Part shown: in pieces, positions 61,090 to 64,000 of the stretch
Layout: each line of letters opens with the position of its first letter
Numbering within the stretch: position 1 is the stretch's first letter
From: a virus
IMG/VR virus record: IMGVR_UViG_3300048904_000313
Location: 9,468-73,467 of that record
DNA length: 64,000 nucleotides
Direction: 5' to 3' (one strand)
The notes under the pieces: generated by a model
Database searches by the model: none
Told to the model about the DNA's origin: nothing
Seen by the model: only the letters and a program-made list of their open reading frames with translations
Made by a program: the position numbers and the translations under genes

Positions 61090-64000
61090 GAGCTTCCCTC
61101 ACCAGGCGCTGGACCTCCACGATATCACGCAGAAGCTCAGGCCTCACGGCGAGGTTGTTCGTGAGCTGGTCGGGTTCCCACCACGCCAGCGCCTCGAAGT
61201 AGTCGCCATCGGGGTCGTCCGGGTTGATCACGTCGTCCCGGTCGCCGTTCCAATCGACCTCGTCCTCGCTGGCGATGACGTAGATGAAGCCCTGGTAGAC
61301 CCCGTCAGAGGTGACCCAGGAGCCTGCGAGACGGCCTGACGGGAGGAGGCAGCCTGTCTCCTCCTGCCACTCGCGAACGGCACCCATGAGACCCGTCTCG
61401 CCGTTCTCGAGGCAGCCACCGGGGAACTCCCAGTGACCAGCCGCGGGGTCGTCATCCACGAGGGCTCGCTGGAGCATCAGGATGCGACCGGTGTCTGCCG
61501 CCAGCACGGTGAGGCCGGCGGCGACGGGTGGCTCGTGACTCTTCGTGGCTGAGCCAGTTCCGTACCAGCGATCACACGTGTCACCGGGTTCGATGGTCCC
61601 GGTGACCAGGGTGCAGCCGTGTGGTGAGCGGAACATGGTGCAGGTGTCGCAGCGCTTCTTGGGGTCGGTGGCTTCGCGGTAGTTCACCGACGCCTTGGAG
61701 ACCTTCTCGTTCTTGTTGAGCGAGTCGGCACCCTGGTGAAGCTGCGACGAGTGCGTGGCGATCCAGCGGTCATCGCCGTCGGGAACGGCACCCACGAAGG
61801 CGTCGATCGGCTTGCCGAGCTGGCGGTAGGCCAGGGCACGGTGATGGCCGTCCACGATCCGCAGGCGATGCTTCCCGGGAACGCGTACCAGGATGGCTGG
61901 CTTGAGCCGCTTGCCGCGGTTCAGCTTGTCGACGAACTCCTGCACACGCTCAGTGTCATGGTGAGCCGCCCAGCTGGCTTCCCCGTCGAAGTCGACGTCG
62001 TGGAGTGGAACGATCTCCACTGTCCACTTCGCGTCCTTGACCCACTTGATCGCCTTGCCCGGGAAGTTCTTGGACATGACGGCGATCACCTCAGCGGCGG
62101 GAGCGCCACCCACGACGCCCTTCACCGTTCCTGGTGGGCTGCTGACTCCAGCCTGGTCTCGACCACCGCCGGGACCGCCCTGAGCGCGAGGCCAGACGTC
62201 CTGCTCGGCCATCCGAGGACCGCCGCCCTGAGCAGGCTGCTGGCCTCGACGGTCGGGCATGGCGGCGTCGTTCCCGCCCTGAGGGTGATGAGCGTGGGTG
62301 CCCTCGCTGAACGTGGAGCCGCTGCTGGTTCCCTCAGCGGGCGCCCAGCGTGGTGGCTCACCGCCAGCGCTGCTCCCAGGCGTGCCGCCTGGAACCTCGG
62401 TGTCGTCGACGTCGTGAGCGGGGAAGACCCGCCCGCCACTGCCCGACGCGTTCTCGTTGTGGTTGAGGTCCTGGTCGAGCCAGACCGTCTGCCCGTCGAG
62501 GTCGACTCGACGAGTCGCCTTGACGACGCTGATCGCGATGCCGATGTCGCCACCCTCGATGTTCGCTTCCGCGATGCGGGCGAGCAAGCTGTGGCTAACG
62601 TGACGAGGCGTCCAGCTGGAGATGAGACGGCCCTTGCGGACGTGACGAGCCAGGGCGTCGAGCTCAGACTCGAGCGCCTTGGTCTTGCCAGCGTCTGCCG
62701 GCTTCTTGCCACCACCGCGACTGCCGGCGGCGGAGCTGTGCCCTGGCGTGGCAGCTGCGGTGCCGCGACCGCTGGCCATGGCGCCTGGCCGGCCCGACAT
62801 GATCGGGTTGACGCGAGGCTTCATGCCGGAGCCACTGGCAGACGGAGCGTTGCCCGCCGCCGGTGGCGTCTTGCCAGCGGCGCCAGGGGCAGGCTCCTTG
62901 CCGGGTGGCACGTAGCCGATCGCTTGGCTGCTCGGTGGCATGCCCTGCGGGGCGGCACCGGTGAGCATCTGCGTGGCGTGAGGCGAGCCCTCGGGCAGCT
63001 CCATGATGGGGCCACCCATCGCCGAGTCCAGAAGGCGAGCCTCCGTGGCCTCCACGAGTGGTACCCAGCCGTTCGGGGTGGACCAGCCTGGGTCGGAGGT
63101 CTCGGGGAGACCCCACGGCTGCAGGTTGAGCTCCTCGCGTGCCTCGTCGATGGAGCGAAGACCAGCGCCGATCTGCTTGACCAGGAGCTCAGTCTTCAGC
63201 GACTCGTCGTCCTCGGCCTCCAGGCCCTCGAAGACGAAGCGCATGTCCTCCTGACCAGCGATGTTGTGGAGCACGCTGGTCATGATGTCGGCGAGGAAGG
63301 TCAGGATCGGCTTGGTGGCCTTGCGCTCCTGGATGTCCTGCGTGGCCTTGGACATCTGGTTGGCCGCGCCGGGCGAGACCGTGGCAGAGACCTTCGGCAT
63401 GATGCCGAGTTCCATCGGCTGGATGTCGAAGGCCATGCAGACCTGGTTCATGACGATCTCGTCGAACTGGTCGGCGATCTGCACGTTCTTCTGCGGGTGG
63501 ACCTGCGAGTCGGCGGGCAGCACGATGATCTTGTGCTTCCACGCTGGGTCGCCGGCGATCGCGTTGAGCGCGTCCTGGAGCTCACGGATCTGGTTCGGCG
63601 TCAGGTTCTGGTTGCTGCCACCAGGCGAGACGAAGACCGCGGGGACGGTGCCCTCACGGAAGTAGTCCAGCTGATAGGCCTGCTTCTGAAGGCCTGACAT
63701 GACCGGGATGAGCGCGCGCTCGATGGGCGGGAAGCCGTACGGCGTCCAGCGTCGCGGTGACATCGGCAGGTAGAGTAGCTGATCGCCACGGAACTGCTTC
63801 AGCTCCGCGCCGCTGAGGCCAGCCTGCTCGATGTCTCGCTGCGTGATCATCGTCATCAGGTCGGAGCGAGGCACGCCGTAGAGGTACTGCTGATAGGCCG
63901 GTGCCGGTGGCCGTGGGTACGCACCGTTGATGTCGTAGAGAGGTCGAATGGTCGGGCCGCTGATCAGGTTCAGGCTGTCCAGGTCCGAGCCGAGGAGACC
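61079..64000 (-). CDS. Portal protein (5' partial) fused to ParB/Srx-like, HiPIP-like and Nudix domains
   Basis: Frame stays open to the window end (GLLGSDLDSL...); portal pattern YG.PPIE....YFREGT.P...Q.....V..AF.I.P.ELG; C-terminal IVDGHHR.LA, CxxC..C..C, WEFPGG....GE....A.RE..EETG. Confidence 0.85.
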   Translation of the reverse strand, partial: GLLGSDLDSLNLISGPTIRPLYDINGAYPRPPAPAYQQYLYGVPRSDLMTMITQRDIEQAGLSGAELKQFRGDQLLYLPMSPRRWTPYGFPPIERALIPVMSGLQKQAYQLDYFREGTVPAVFVSPGGSNQNLTPNQIRELQDALNAIAGDPAWKHKIIVLPADSQVHPQKNVQIADQFDEIVMNQVCMAFDIQPMELGIMPKVSATVSPGAANQMSKATQDIQERKATKPILTFLADIMTSVLHNIAGQEDMRFVFEGLEAEDDESLKTELLVKQIGAGLRSIDEAREELNLQPWGLPETSDPGWSTPNGWVPLVEATEARLLDSAMGGPIMELPEGSPHATQMLTGAAPQGMPPSSQAIGYVPPGKEPAPGAAGKTPPAAGNAPSASGSGMKPRVNPIMSGRPGAMASGRGTAAATPGHSSAAGSRGGGKKPADAGKTKALESELDALARHVRKGRLISSWTPRHVSHSLLARIAEANIEGGDIGIAISVVKATRRVDLDGQTVWLDQDLNHNENASGSGGRVFPAHDVDDTEVPGGTPGSSAGGEPPRWAPAEGTSSGSTFSEGTHAHHPQGGNDAAMPDRRGQQPAQGGGPRMAEQDVWPRAQGGPGGGRDQAGVSSPPGTVKGVVGGAPAAEVIAVMSKNFPGKAIKWVKDAKWTVEIVPLHDVDFDGEASWAAHHDTERVQEFVDKLNRGKRLKPAILVRVPGKHRLRIVDGHHRALAYRQLGKPIDAFVGAVPDGDDRWIATHSSQLHQGADSLNKNEKVSKASVNYREATDPKKRCDTCTMFRSPHGCTLVTGTIEPGDTCDRWYGTGSATKSHEPPVAAGLTVLAADTGRILMLQRALVDDDPAAGHWEFPGGCLENGETGLMGAVREWQEETGCLLPSGRLAGSWVTSDGVYQGFIYVIASEDEVDWNGDRDDVINPDDPDGDYFEALAWWEPDQLTNNLAVRPELLRDIVEVQRLVREARGE

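Noticed and set aside
1-64000. Prophage integration module (integrase, att sites) and terminase
   Set aside because: Neither was found. Terminase probably lies beyond 64000, upstream of the portal. Lifestyle cannot be settled from this window.

Overview
This window is a 64 kb slice of a GC-rich tailed-phage genome with siphovirus-type organisation. An actinobacterial host, probably Streptomyces-like, is inferred from codon bias, HrdB-type promoters and a GH25 endolysin. There are three transcription blocks. (1) Leftward, 1-7578: prim-pol, P4/D5-type primase-helicase (partial), RecD/Dda-like helicase and small early genes. (2) Rightward, 7792-33957: HU, Nudix, WYL, nucleotide metabolism, PolA, RuvC-like, SNF2, Cas4-like, AAA and DUF669 genes, a nucleotide/sugar modification cluster, 5 tRNAs and DUF932. 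(3) Leftward, 34022->64000: lysis cassette, tail tip, tape measure, tail, head and portal (partial). No integrase, terminase or CRISPR array was seen. The main candidate novel system is a T4-analogous cytosine-hypermodification pathway: a gp42-like dCMP hydroxymethylase with the cytosine-specifying Asp, a gp56-like dCTPase/dUTPase, a dNMP kinase, a dCMP deaminase and a beta-glucosyltransferase-like GT-B enzyme. The glycosyltransferase is translationally coupled to a UDP-galactopyranose mutase (Glf), which predicts DNA carrying a furanose sugar such as galactofuranosyl-hmC. A SAM methyltransferase and a divergent Dcm-like enzyme flank the pair. The second highlight is a portal protein fused in frame to ParB/Srx-like, HiPIP-like 4-Cys and Nudix domains. 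All family assignments come from motif recognition by eye; no database search was run.
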